DNA of 64,000 nt. Source: Chloropicon primus. Lineage: Eukaryota. The notes beneath the pieces were generated by a model that saw only the letters and a program-made list of their open reading frames with translations, did no database searches and had not been told where the DNA came from. The stretch covers positions 248,001 through 312,000 of the forward strand of contig CP060755.1 of NCBI GenBank assembly GCA_023205875.1. Reading direction: 5' to 3'. The position numbers and the translations under genes are program-made. The number at the start of each line of letters is the position of its first letter. Positions within the stretch are counted from its first letter, which is position 1. Positions 19,323-27,192 of the stretch are shown in pieces.

Positions 19323-20870
19323 ATGAACGTCGAGAAGAAGACGGGGGAGAACCCGGCCGTCGTCGCGGATGACGGCGTCCCGAGGGACCTGAAGGGGAAC
19401 GCCTTCGACCTTCCCGTGGACACGGAGCACAAGGCGAAGAAGATCAAGCTCCTGTCGTTCGCGAGGCCGCACATGAGGGCCTTCCACTTGTCGTGGATGA
19501 GCTTCTTCGTGTCGTTCCTGTCGACCTTCGCGGCGGCGCCGATGATTCCGGTCATCAGGAACAACCTGGACCTGACCAAGGAGCAGCTTGGCGATGCTGG
19601 CATCGCGGCGGTGACCGGGACGATCTTCTGCCGCATCGCGATGGGTTTCGTGTGCGACACCCTGGGACCGAGGTACGGCCACTCGAGTCTCCTCCTGGGC
19701 ACGGTTCCCGCGGTCTTCGGCATGGCCCTGGCGGACGGCTCGATCTCGTTCCTGCTCTGCAGGTTCTTCATCGGGTTCTCCCTGGCCACCTTCGTGGCCA
19801 CGCAGTTCTGGTCGTCGGTCATGTTCAACGGCAAGATCGTCGGTACGGCGAACGCGACGACGGCGGGCTGGGGCAACCTCGGCGGCGGGGTGACCCAGTT
19901 CCTGATGCCCGTGATCTACACGGGGCTCCTCGCGTACGGCCCGCCCTTCCAGGCGTGGCGCATGGCGTACTTTGTCCCCGGGTCCTGCCAAATGCTGCTC
20001 GGCATGGTCATCCTGTTCTTCGCCCAAGACCTGCCGGACGGCCAGTACAAGGAGTGCATCAAGGCGGGGGAGATGGCCAAGCCGAACCCCTGGAGGATTT
20101 TCAAGCAGGGGGTCTCCAACTACAGGATGTGGTGCATGGTGCTGACGTACGGCCAGTGCTTCGGGGTCGAGCTCACGATGAACAACATCATCTCCCCGTA
20201 CCTGTTCGACCAGTTCGACCTGAACATCGAGATCGCCGGGGCTCTCGGGTCGCTCTTCGGGCTGATGAACTTGTTCGCCAGGTCCCTCGGAGGTCTCGCC
20301 TCGGACCTGACTGCGGCCAAGTACGGCATGAGGGGCAGGCTCTGGACCCTGTGGGTCGTGCAGACCTTGGAGGGAGGCCTCTGCATCGTCCTCGGTCGGC
20401 TCTACACGACCCTCCCGGGAACCCTGGTTTGCATGATCATGTTCTCCCTCACCGTGCAGATGGCCGAGGGCGCCTCGTACGGCGTGGTCCCGTACATCTC
20501 CAAGAGGGCCCTGGGAATCTGCTCCGGGTTCATCGGCGCGGGCGGAAACGCCGGCTCGACGATCGCCCAGGCCATCTTCTTCAAGGGGGCTTACTCCACG
20601 CAGGACGGGATCACGTACATGGGGGTCATGATCGTCTGCGTCACCCTCCTCGTGATCCCGATCTACTTCCCGATGTGGGGAGGCATGTTCTGCGGACCCA
20701 AGGAGGGCGTCACGGAGGTCGACTACTACTTGGCCGACTTCACCGAGGAGGAGAAGGAGGCTGGCGTGGCCAGCTCCGTCCTCAAGTTCGCCAAGGAGGC
20801 CGCCTCGGAGCGCGCCGAGCAGGACCGTCCCCCGGAGGACGACGACAAGATCACGACGGTGCCCCTGTGA
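19323..20870 (+). CDS. NRT2: High-affinity nitrate transporter NRT2 (NNP family MFS), copy 1
   Basis: 'F.LPVD.EHKA..I.LLSFARPHMRAFHLSW.SFF..F.STFAAAP', nitrate signature AGWGNLGGG, FGVELT, ARSLGG, GMRGRLW, GAGGN. Confidence 0.97.
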   Translation: MNVEKKTGENPAVVADDGVPRDLKGNAFDLPVDTEHKAKKIKLLSFARPHMRAFHLSWMSFFVSFLSTFAAAPMIPVIRNNLDLTKEQLGDAGIAAVTGTIFCRIAMGFVCDTLGPRYGHSSLLLGTVPAVFGMALADGSISFLLCRFFIGFSLATFVATQFWSSVMFNGKIVGTANATTAGWGNLGGGVTQFLMPVIYTGLLAYGPPFQAWRMAYFVPGSCQMLLGMVILFFAQDLPDGQYKECIKAGEMAKPNPWRIFKQGVSNYRMWCMVLTYGQCFGVELTMNNIISPYLFDQFDLNIEIAGALGSLFGLMNLFARSLGGLASDLTAAKYGMRGRLWTLWVVQTLEGGLCIVLGRLYTTLPGTLVCMIMFSLTVQMAEGASYGVVPYISKRALGICSGFIGAGGNAGSTIAQAIFFKGAYSTQDGITYMGVMIVCVTLLVIPIYFPMWGGMFCGPKEGVTEVDYYLADFTEEEKEAGVASSVLKFAKEAASERAEQDRPPEDDDKITTVPL

Positions 20871-20998
20871 GGGCCCGCAAGGGAGGGGAGTGGCCACGCG
20901 CGCACATAGCACACGCGCGCACAAGATTCTCATACTAGATGGATAAAAATTAGTTGATTCACACATTTGCTTCTTGATCCTCAGGAACTGCTTGCTGT

Positions 20999-21670
20999 TT
21001 ACTCCACCTTCTTCACCCTCTCCATGATCAGCCCGCCCAGCAGGATGGCCCACGCGACGCAGGACATCACGATGACGGCCACGATGATCGGCGTCGTCCT
21101 CCCGTTGTACACGTTGACCTGGAAGTTCTCGCCCGTGTTCGTGGCGCCCATGACGAAGGTGCCCTCCGCGTCCGCCGCGAGGGCCCTGAAGTAGTACACG
21201 GCCTGGCCAAGCATGTCGCCCACGGTCCACGTGCACTTGGCGGTGGAGCCCTCGAGGACGACGCCCTTGCAGGCGGAGAAGCACTGCTTATCGCTGCCGA
21301 TCACGTCGGCGGGCTTCCTCCAGGGCCTCCCCCCGATGTAAGCGTCCGTGTAGCACACCTGGAAGGTCACGCTCTTGGCCTCGGTCGAGTTCGCCTCCAC
21401 CGTGGACTCGAACATCAGCGTGTCGTTGGCCTGGCCGTACATCAGCACGGTCGGGCACGCCCCGATCTGGTCGGACTTGCAGGGCTCCGCCGTGCTCGTG
21501 ACCGCGAGGGACGTCGTCTCGATGCTCGTGTAGGCGACGGTCGACTTGGGTGTGGGCGCCCCAAGCGTGAACGCCAGGGACAGGGCGATCGCCATCATCA
21601 CCGCAACCCCCAAGCATCCCAAGGACACGACCTTGAAGGTCGTCGACTGGAAGCAGCTCGTCGTCGTCAT
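20999..21670 (-). CDS. NAR2: NAR2/NRT3, copy 2
   Basis: Same protein as copy 1 except residue 3 (MTTTS vs MTMTS). ATG at 21670. Confidence 0.88.
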   Translation of the reverse strand: MTTTSCFQSTTFKVVSLGCLGVAVMMAIALSLAFTLGAPTPKSTVAYTSIETTSLAVTSTAEPCKSDQIGACPTVLMYGQANDTLMFESTVEANSTEAKSVTFQVCYTDAYIGGRPWRKPADVIGSDKQCFSACKGVVLEGSTAKCTWTVGDMLGQAVYYFRALAADAEGTFVMGATNTGENFQVNVYNGRTTPIIVAVIVMSCVAWAILLGGLIMERVKKVE

Positions 21671-22093
21671 GTTCCGTCCGTGTCTCTGTCTCGTGTTCTG
21701 TCTGTCGTCGTTGTCTCTTCCTTTGTTCCTCTCGGGCGACAGGGGAGTCTCCTCTTTTCCACTACGTCGGAATTCGCCCTTTTCCTCCACAAATAAAACC
21801 AAAACCAATCTTGTCCTTGTCCTCCACCCCCTTGTCGCCCGTCGGTGCCCCCTCCTCTCTTGTATCCTGCAGACCTTGCCCCTTCGAAAATTCGGACGTT
21901 ACACTCGCGCTGCAGCGAAAACGCCTTCACCACGGGATCTCCGAGAGATCTGCTTTTTCCGACGAGAGGCGTCACTTGAAGGGGCAAAGTACAATACAAG
22001 GCTCGGGGAGGGGGGGTGAGGGAGCCGCGCGGGGTGCAGACCAGTTTTGTGGATGGGATTGAAATCAGTCCTCGGTTGACGCCCGTCGCACAA

Positions 22094-22122
22094 CCACACA
22101 CACACACACACACTACACACAC
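22094..22122. repeat. (CA)n microsatellite in the NRT2 copy 2 leader
   Basis: ccacacacacacacacacactacacacac. Confidence 0.8.
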
Positions 22123-22171
22123 TCGACTGACAGAGGAAAAGAGAGCAACGACCAACGACACGAGGACAACG

Positions 22172-23683
22172 ATGAACTTGGAGAAGGAGGATGTCCCGAG
22201 GGACCTGAAGGGGAACGCCTTCGACCTTCCCGTGGACACGGAGCACAAGGCGAAGAAGATCAAGCTCCTGTCGTTCGCGAGGCCGCACATGAGGGCCTTC
22301 CACTTGTCGTGGATGAGCTTCTTCGTGTCGTTCCTGTCGACCTTCGCGGCGGCGCCGATGATTCCGGTCATCAGGAACAACCTGGACCTGACCAAGGAGC
22401 AGCTTGGCGATGCTGGCATCGCGGCGGTGACCGGGACGATCTTCTGCCGCATCGCGATGGGTTTCGTGTGCGACACCCTGGGACCGAGGTACGGCCACTC
22501 GAGTCTCCTCCTGGGCACGGTTCCCGCGGTCTTCGGCATGGCCCTGGCGGACGGCTCGATCTCGTTCCTGCTCTGCAGGTTCTTCATCGGGTTCTCCCTG
22601 GCCACCTTCGTGGCCACGCAGTTCTGGTCGTCGGTCATGTTCAACGGCAAGATCGTCGGTACGGCGAACGCGACGACGGCGGGCTGGGGCAACCTCGGCG
22701 GCGGGGTGACCCAGTTCCTGATGCCCGTGATCTACACGGGGCTCCTCGCGTACGGCCCGCCCTTCCAGGCGTGGCGCATGGCGTTCTTCGTTCCGGGGTC
22801 CATGCACATCGTGGTCGGCATCCTGGTGCTGTTCTTCGCCCAAGACCTGCCGGACGGCCAGTACAGGGAGTGCATCAAGGCGGGGGAGATGGCCAAGCCA
22901 AACTCCCTGAAGATTTTCTTGCAGGGCGTGAAGAACTACAGGATGTGGTGCATGGTGCTCACGTACGGCTTCTGCTTCGGGGTCGAGCTCACGATGAACA
23001 ACATCATCGCCCCGTACCTGTTCGACCAGTTCGACCTGAACATCGAGATCGCCGGCGTGCTCGGATCCTGCTTCGGGCTGATGAACTTGTTCGCCAGGTC
23101 CCTCGGAGGTCTCGCCTCGGACCTCACCGCCCAAAAGTACGGCATGAGGGGCAGGCTCTGGGCCCTGTGGATCATGCAGACCTTGGAGGGAGGCCTCTGC
23201 ATTGTGATGGGCCGCCTGTACATGACCCTCCCGGGAACCCTCGTCGTGATGATCATGTTCTCCACCGTCGTCCAGATGTCCGAGGGCGCCTCGTACGCCG
23301 TGGTCCCGTACATCTCCAAGAGGGCCCTGGGAATCTGCTCCGGGTTCATCGGCGCGGGCGGAAACGCTGGGTCTAGTATCACCCAGGCCATCTTCTTCAA
23401 GGGGGCTTACTCCACGCAGGACGGAATCTCTTACATGGGGGTCATGATCATCGGCGTCACCCTCCTCGTGATCCCGATCTACTTCCCGATGTGGGGAGGC
23501 ATGTTCTGCGGACCCAAGGAGGGCGTCACGGAGTCGGACTACTACTTGGCCGACTTCACCGAGGAGGAGAAGGCTGCGGGCATTGCCGCATCTGTGGCCA
23601 AGTTCGCCAAGGAGGCCGCCTCGGAGCGCGCCGCGGTGAATCGCCCCGAGGAACTGAGCGAGAAGGAAAAGTCCCCCGTTTAG
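22172..23683 (+). CDS. NRT2: High-affinity nitrate transporter NRT2, copy 2 (503 aa)
   Basis: Start MNLEKEDVPRD. Same signature motifs as copy 1. TGTAA follows at about 23758. Confidence 0.96.
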   Translation: MNLEKEDVPRDLKGNAFDLPVDTEHKAKKIKLLSFARPHMRAFHLSWMSFFVSFLSTFAAAPMIPVIRNNLDLTKEQLGDAGIAAVTGTIFCRIAMGFVCDTLGPRYGHSSLLLGTVPAVFGMALADGSISFLLCRFFIGFSLATFVATQFWSSVMFNGKIVGTANATTAGWGNLGGGVTQFLMPVIYTGLLAYGPPFQAWRMAFFVPGSMHIVVGILVLFFAQDLPDGQYRECIKAGEMAKPNSLKIFLQGVKNYRMWCMVLTYGFCFGVELTMNNIIAPYLFDQFDLNIEIAGVLGSCFGLMNLFARSLGGLASDLTAQKYGMRGRLWALWIMQTLEGGLCIVMGRLYMTLPGTLVVMIMFSTVVQMSEGASYAVVPYISKRALGICSGFIGAGGNAGSSITQAIFFKGAYSTQDGISYMGVMIIGVTLLVIPIYFPMWGGMFCGPKEGVTESDYYLADFTEEEKAAGIAASVAKFAKEAASERAAVNRPEELSEKEKSPV

Positions 23684-23944
23684 GAGGAGCGCTCACGCAA
23701 GACCATCTAATTTTCTTAGTGAGATAAGCAGCAGCAACAAAAAAATATAGGAAAATTTGTAAACCAAAAAACTGTTTCACTCAAGGTTTGTCCACGGCAT
23801 CCTCTCTCCGGGAGGAGGCCTCTCTGTCTCCCTCTGTCTCTCTGTGAAACAATGAGTAACCACGGCAATCAATCGGTGTTTTGTCGTCGTTGTTGTCGTC
23901 GTAGTTTTACTAAAAAGGCTAAAAATCTTTTAAATTTTTAAAGT

Positions 23945-26596
23945 TTAGAATGACAGGTAGGATCCCTCTGGGAAGCCGTTCTTCTCGAGGTTGGGGACGC
24001 ACGCGTACTTGATCATCGGCGGGGGGCCGCACATCATGACCATCGCCTTCTTGTTGTAGCTTGGCATGTGCCTCTTGATCATGTCCTCGTTGATGAAGCC
24101 CTGGGAGTGCTTCCACCCCTTTGGAGGGTCGTCGAGCGTGTAATGAAGCTTGAACTTCTTTGGGTACTTTGCCGCCAGCTCGTCGAGCTCCTCCCTGAGC
24201 AGAATGTCGTCCTCCGTCTTGTTGGCGTAGATCAAATACGCCTTGGTCTTGTCTTTCTTGTCCTTGGTGATGGCCTTGATGATCTGGTAGGCGGGGGTGA
24301 TCCCAGTCCCCCCGCAGATGAAGCCGACCTCGTTCAGCTTCACGTCCTTGCCGTGGACGGTGAAGTTGCCCTTCTCGTGGTATGTCACGTGGCCGATGGG
24401 CCCCTTGACCTCCATCGTGTCCCCGATCTCCAACGACTCAAAGTGCTGGGAGAGGATGCCGCCATCCGGGAACTTTGGGTGGACGCCCTTGAAGTACACC
24501 TTGATGACGAGGTCAAAGTAACCGACGTCGTCGTCGGACGAGGTGGGCGTGTACGCCCTCATCACGAGCTTGCCGTCGACCCTGCCGGCGAGGAGCATGT
24601 GGTTGCCCACCGGGAGGCCCAGGATGTGCTCCGGGGACTGGAGGGCGAACCTGAACCGCCTGGTGTCGTGGGAGAGGACGTGCTTCTCCACGAGCTTGAA
24701 CGGAATCCTCTTCGTCTTGTCCAGGGCGACCAGCTGCTTCACCTCGGTCACGACTTCGGAGCTGGTCGAGGACCGTGCGCTCGAGGCGTCCGAGGTGGAG
24801 TCGCCGACCTCGCCGATGTAGTACTTGTCGAGCAGGGCCCTGGCCTTGGTGGAGTGGATGGCATCAAACTCCTCCGTGGCGTCCTGCCCGGCGGTGATCA
24901 GGATGGACTCCGCCCCGCCGGGGTGGTCCTCCAGGTACTCGGTGGCGTCGTAGACCTTCCCGTCGTGGACGAACCAGGCGGACTCCTTGGTGTTGTGCTT
25001 GCTGATCTCCTCCAGGGTGAACGTGGCGCCCCCGGGTCCCTTGGGGACCGGCTTCTTGGCGGGCTCGGGCGCCTTGGGGGCGGGGGCGGACTCGGGCTCG
25101 GACTTCTTGGGGACCATCCAGCCCCCCGGGCCGTTGGCGGCCACGGTCGGGTGCTCGAACTGCAGGGCGAGGGCCCCCTCGTGCTTGATGGGGTGGACCT
25201 TGACCCTGAAGTGGCAGTTGTTCATCATCCCCATGACGTTCCAGGTGATGTCCTTGGGCTGGCAGTTCATGCCCTCGTCCCACGACCTGAGGGAGATCTC
25301 CTCGATACCGACGAGGTCCAGGACGTTGATCTCGAGCTCCCAGTGGCACCAGCACCAGTACTTTCCGTACGCGTTGGGCTTCTCGGTGTGCTTCAGCTTG
25401 GCCAGGTTCCAGGTCTTACCGTCGTCGAAGCTGATCTCGGACCGGATCACCTTCCTGCCCCCGCCGGAGTAGGCGTACCCCTTGAGGGTGTACTTCTGGC
25501 CGTCCGAGCCGCTGAGCTTGAGGATCTCGTCGTGCTGGGGGTACACCATCGCGCTGTTGATGTTCAGGTCGTTGATGATGTACTCGGGCTTGTACCACCA
25601 CCCCTCGGCGGTGGCCCTCTCGGCGTCCACGTGGGAGGGCAGCACCCTGTTGTCAAAGTAGTGGTAGTAGTTCGTGGACTCGTTCTCGGTGACCTCGATC
25701 TCCGTGAGCCACTTGACCATCCTGCCCCCGATGTAGCCCGGGATGATGAGCCTGACCGGGTAGCCGTGGTCCGGCAGGAGCCTCTTGCCGTTCTGCTCAA
25801 AGGCGATGAGGACGTCGTACGCGGGGTCCAGGGCCCTCTCGATCTTCATGCTGGTCCCGTAGTTGTCCTTGGGCAGGGGGTCAGCCCCCACGAAGCACAC
25901 GTGGTTCGCGCCCTGGGCCCTCGTCCTCACGCCGCACAGTCTGAGGAGGTCCCCGAGCCTCACCCCGGTCCACACCGAGGTGCTGCAGGCGGACGCCCCC
26001 CACGAGAACCCGATGGTCTTCTTGATCATATTCTCCTCCCTCCTGCGGTTCCCCGCGCACACCATGGTTATCGGGACCCTCACCGTGGGCATCATCGCCA
26101 GCTGGTCCATGGTGATCTCCATGGGCCTGTCCACCAGGCCGTGGATCTTGATCTTGTGGTCGTCCCAGTTCAGCTGCGGGCACGCCCCGTGGTTGCGCAC
26201 GAAGTGCAGGGACGCGGGAAGGAAGAACCCGGCCTCGTAGTTCCTCGTCAGCGGCGGCTCGCAGTTCAGGGGGTGGCGACCGGTCAGCCGGATCAGCTCG
26301 GGGTGGCGCGGCACCCACTCGTCCGGCGTCCCCTTGTCCTTGTCGTCGACCTCCTTGATCCTCTCCTCCGGGAACTTGGTCGGCAGGTCGCCCCGGTCGA
26401 CGGTGGGCCGCTCCAGGTAGTCCGGCAAGGTCGCAGAGCGCTCGTTCTGGTGGCCGGCGCCCGACGCGGACCCCCCCATCCCGATCTCCTTCTCCTTGTT
26501 CACGAGCTCGCGAAACGCCCGGTTCTCCCTCCTCTTCTCCCTCTTCTCCTGCGACAGCACGGGGCTCAAGCAGCTCGACACGATCTTGTCCAACAT
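23945..26596 (-). CDS. NIA1: Assimilatory NAD(P)H nitrate reductase (Moco, dimerisation, cytochrome b5 and FAD/NADH domains), intronless, about 883 aa
   Basis: RLTGRHPLNCEP, FVRNHG, MVCAGNRR (Moco Cys), PDHGYPVRLIIPG.IGGRMVKWL, WNVMGMMNN, YLEDHPGG (b5), RAYTP, GGTGITP, CGPPPMI. First ATG is at 26596. Confidence 0.97.
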   Translation of the reverse strand: MLDKIVSSCLSPVLSQEKREKRRENRAFRELVNKEKEIGMGGSASGAGHQNERSATLPDYLERPTVDRGDLPTKFPEERIKEVDDKDKGTPDEWVPRHPELIRLTGRHPLNCEPPLTRNYEAGFFLPASLHFVRNHGACPQLNWDDHKIKIHGLVDRPMEITMDQLAMMPTVRVPITMVCAGNRRREENMIKKTIGFSWGASACSTSVWTGVRLGDLLRLCGVRTRAQGANHVCFVGADPLPKDNYGTSMKIERALDPAYDVLIAFEQNGKRLLPDHGYPVRLIIPGYIGGRMVKWLTEIEVTENESTNYYHYFDNRVLPSHVDAERATAEGWWYKPEYIINDLNINSAMVYPQHDEILKLSGSDGQKYTLKGYAYSGGGRKVIRSEISFDDGKTWNLAKLKHTEKPNAYGKYWCWCHWELEINVLDLVGIEEISLRSWDEGMNCQPKDITWNVMGMMNNCHFRVKVHPIKHEGALALQFEHPTVAANGPGGWMVPKKSEPESAPAPKAPEPAKKPVPKGPGGATFTLEEISKHNTKESAWFVHDGKVYDATEYLEDHPGGAESILITAGQDATEEFDAIHSTKARALLDKYYIGEVGDSTSDASSARSSTSSEVVTEVKQLVALDKTKRIPFKLVEKHVLSHDTRRFRFALQSPEHILGLPVGNHMLLAGRVDGKLVMRAYTPTSSDDDVGYFDLVIKVYFKGVHPKFPDGGILSQHFESLEIGDTMEVKGPIGHVTYHEKGNFTVHGKDVKLNEVGFICGGTGITPAYQIIKAITKDKKDKTKAYLIYANKTEDDILLREELDELAAKYPKKFKLHYTLDDPPKGWKHSQGFINEDMIKRHMPSYNKKAMVMMCGPPPMIKYACVPNLEKNGFPEGSYLSF

Positions 26597-26734
26597 GCCT
26601 AAAGCCTCTCTCTCTCCCCGCTCAAGGTTTTCGTACAAGGGCGACAACCCGCGCGCGTCAATGTCCGGGCGTTCACGATCACCGCGCCCGTTACGATCGC
26701 GATCCACCACCCGAATTGAAACTGGAATTCAAGC

Positions 26735-26761
26735 GACCCTTTTCCTTTTGCGAAAGGGCCA
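26735..26761. promoter_or_regulatory. Pseudo-palindromic NRE-like candidate NLP site in the NIA/NLP divergent promoter
   Basis: GACCCTT-N12-AAGGGCCA resembles the plant NRE tGACcCTT-N10-AAGag, but the spacer is longer. Confidence 0.35.
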
Positions 26762-26907
26762 ACGCTGGTCTTGTCCTCGCCTCACATTCTTGTCAGTCCA
26801 TTTCGATGCAAAGACGGTTCGGACACTGGACACCCGAAAACACGCACACGGATAACCTTTGCTTTTCCTTCACCTCCACTTTCTCTCCCGGTAACAGACG
26901 CGTGGCA

Positions 26908-27036
26908 GTTACGGAGAGGGAGAAGGCCTCCCGCGTGTGTGCGTTGCGTTGGGAAGAAGTTACGCGGTTACGGAGAGGGAGAAGGCGAGGCTCGCGGGTC
27001 CCGCGTGTGTGCGTTGCGTTGGGAAGAAGTTACGCG
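26908..27036 (+). repeat. Imperfect ~60-70 bp direct repeat upstream of the NLP gene
   Basis: gttacggagagggagaaggc at 26908 and 26967; tcccgcgtgtgtgcgttgcgttgggaagaagttacgcg at 26929 and 26999. Confidence 0.9.
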
Positions 27037-27192
27037 CTCGTCGTTCGTCGTCTTTCTTGCTTTCTTGAAGTTCGCGAAGGGGGCTGTAGCATCTTTTTCA
27101 AGAAAGTATCTCTCTCTCTCTCTCTCTCTCTCGCCTTCCCTTCTTCTTCCCCAAAAGGCAAGGCGAGGCGGACTCCGGAGCACGCAGGGAGC

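Larger units (their letters stand above)
18236..23683. repeat. Tandem duplication of an ~2.75-kb NAR2/NRT2 divergent unit
   Basis: By eye, 18236-18910 matches 20988-21662 (offset 2752) and 19377-19968 matches 22193-22784 (offset 2816). The promoters and the 3' halves of NRT2 differ. Confidence 0.92.

Noticed and set aside
26908..27036. CRISPR-like or transposon-terminal repeat
   Set aside because: Only two units, no spacers, no cas or transposase gene, and the context is eukaryotic
26716..27192. N-terminal extension of the NLP ORF
   Set aside because: Starts at a non-ATG codon and covers promoter repeats and a CT tract; treated as promoter/5'UTR
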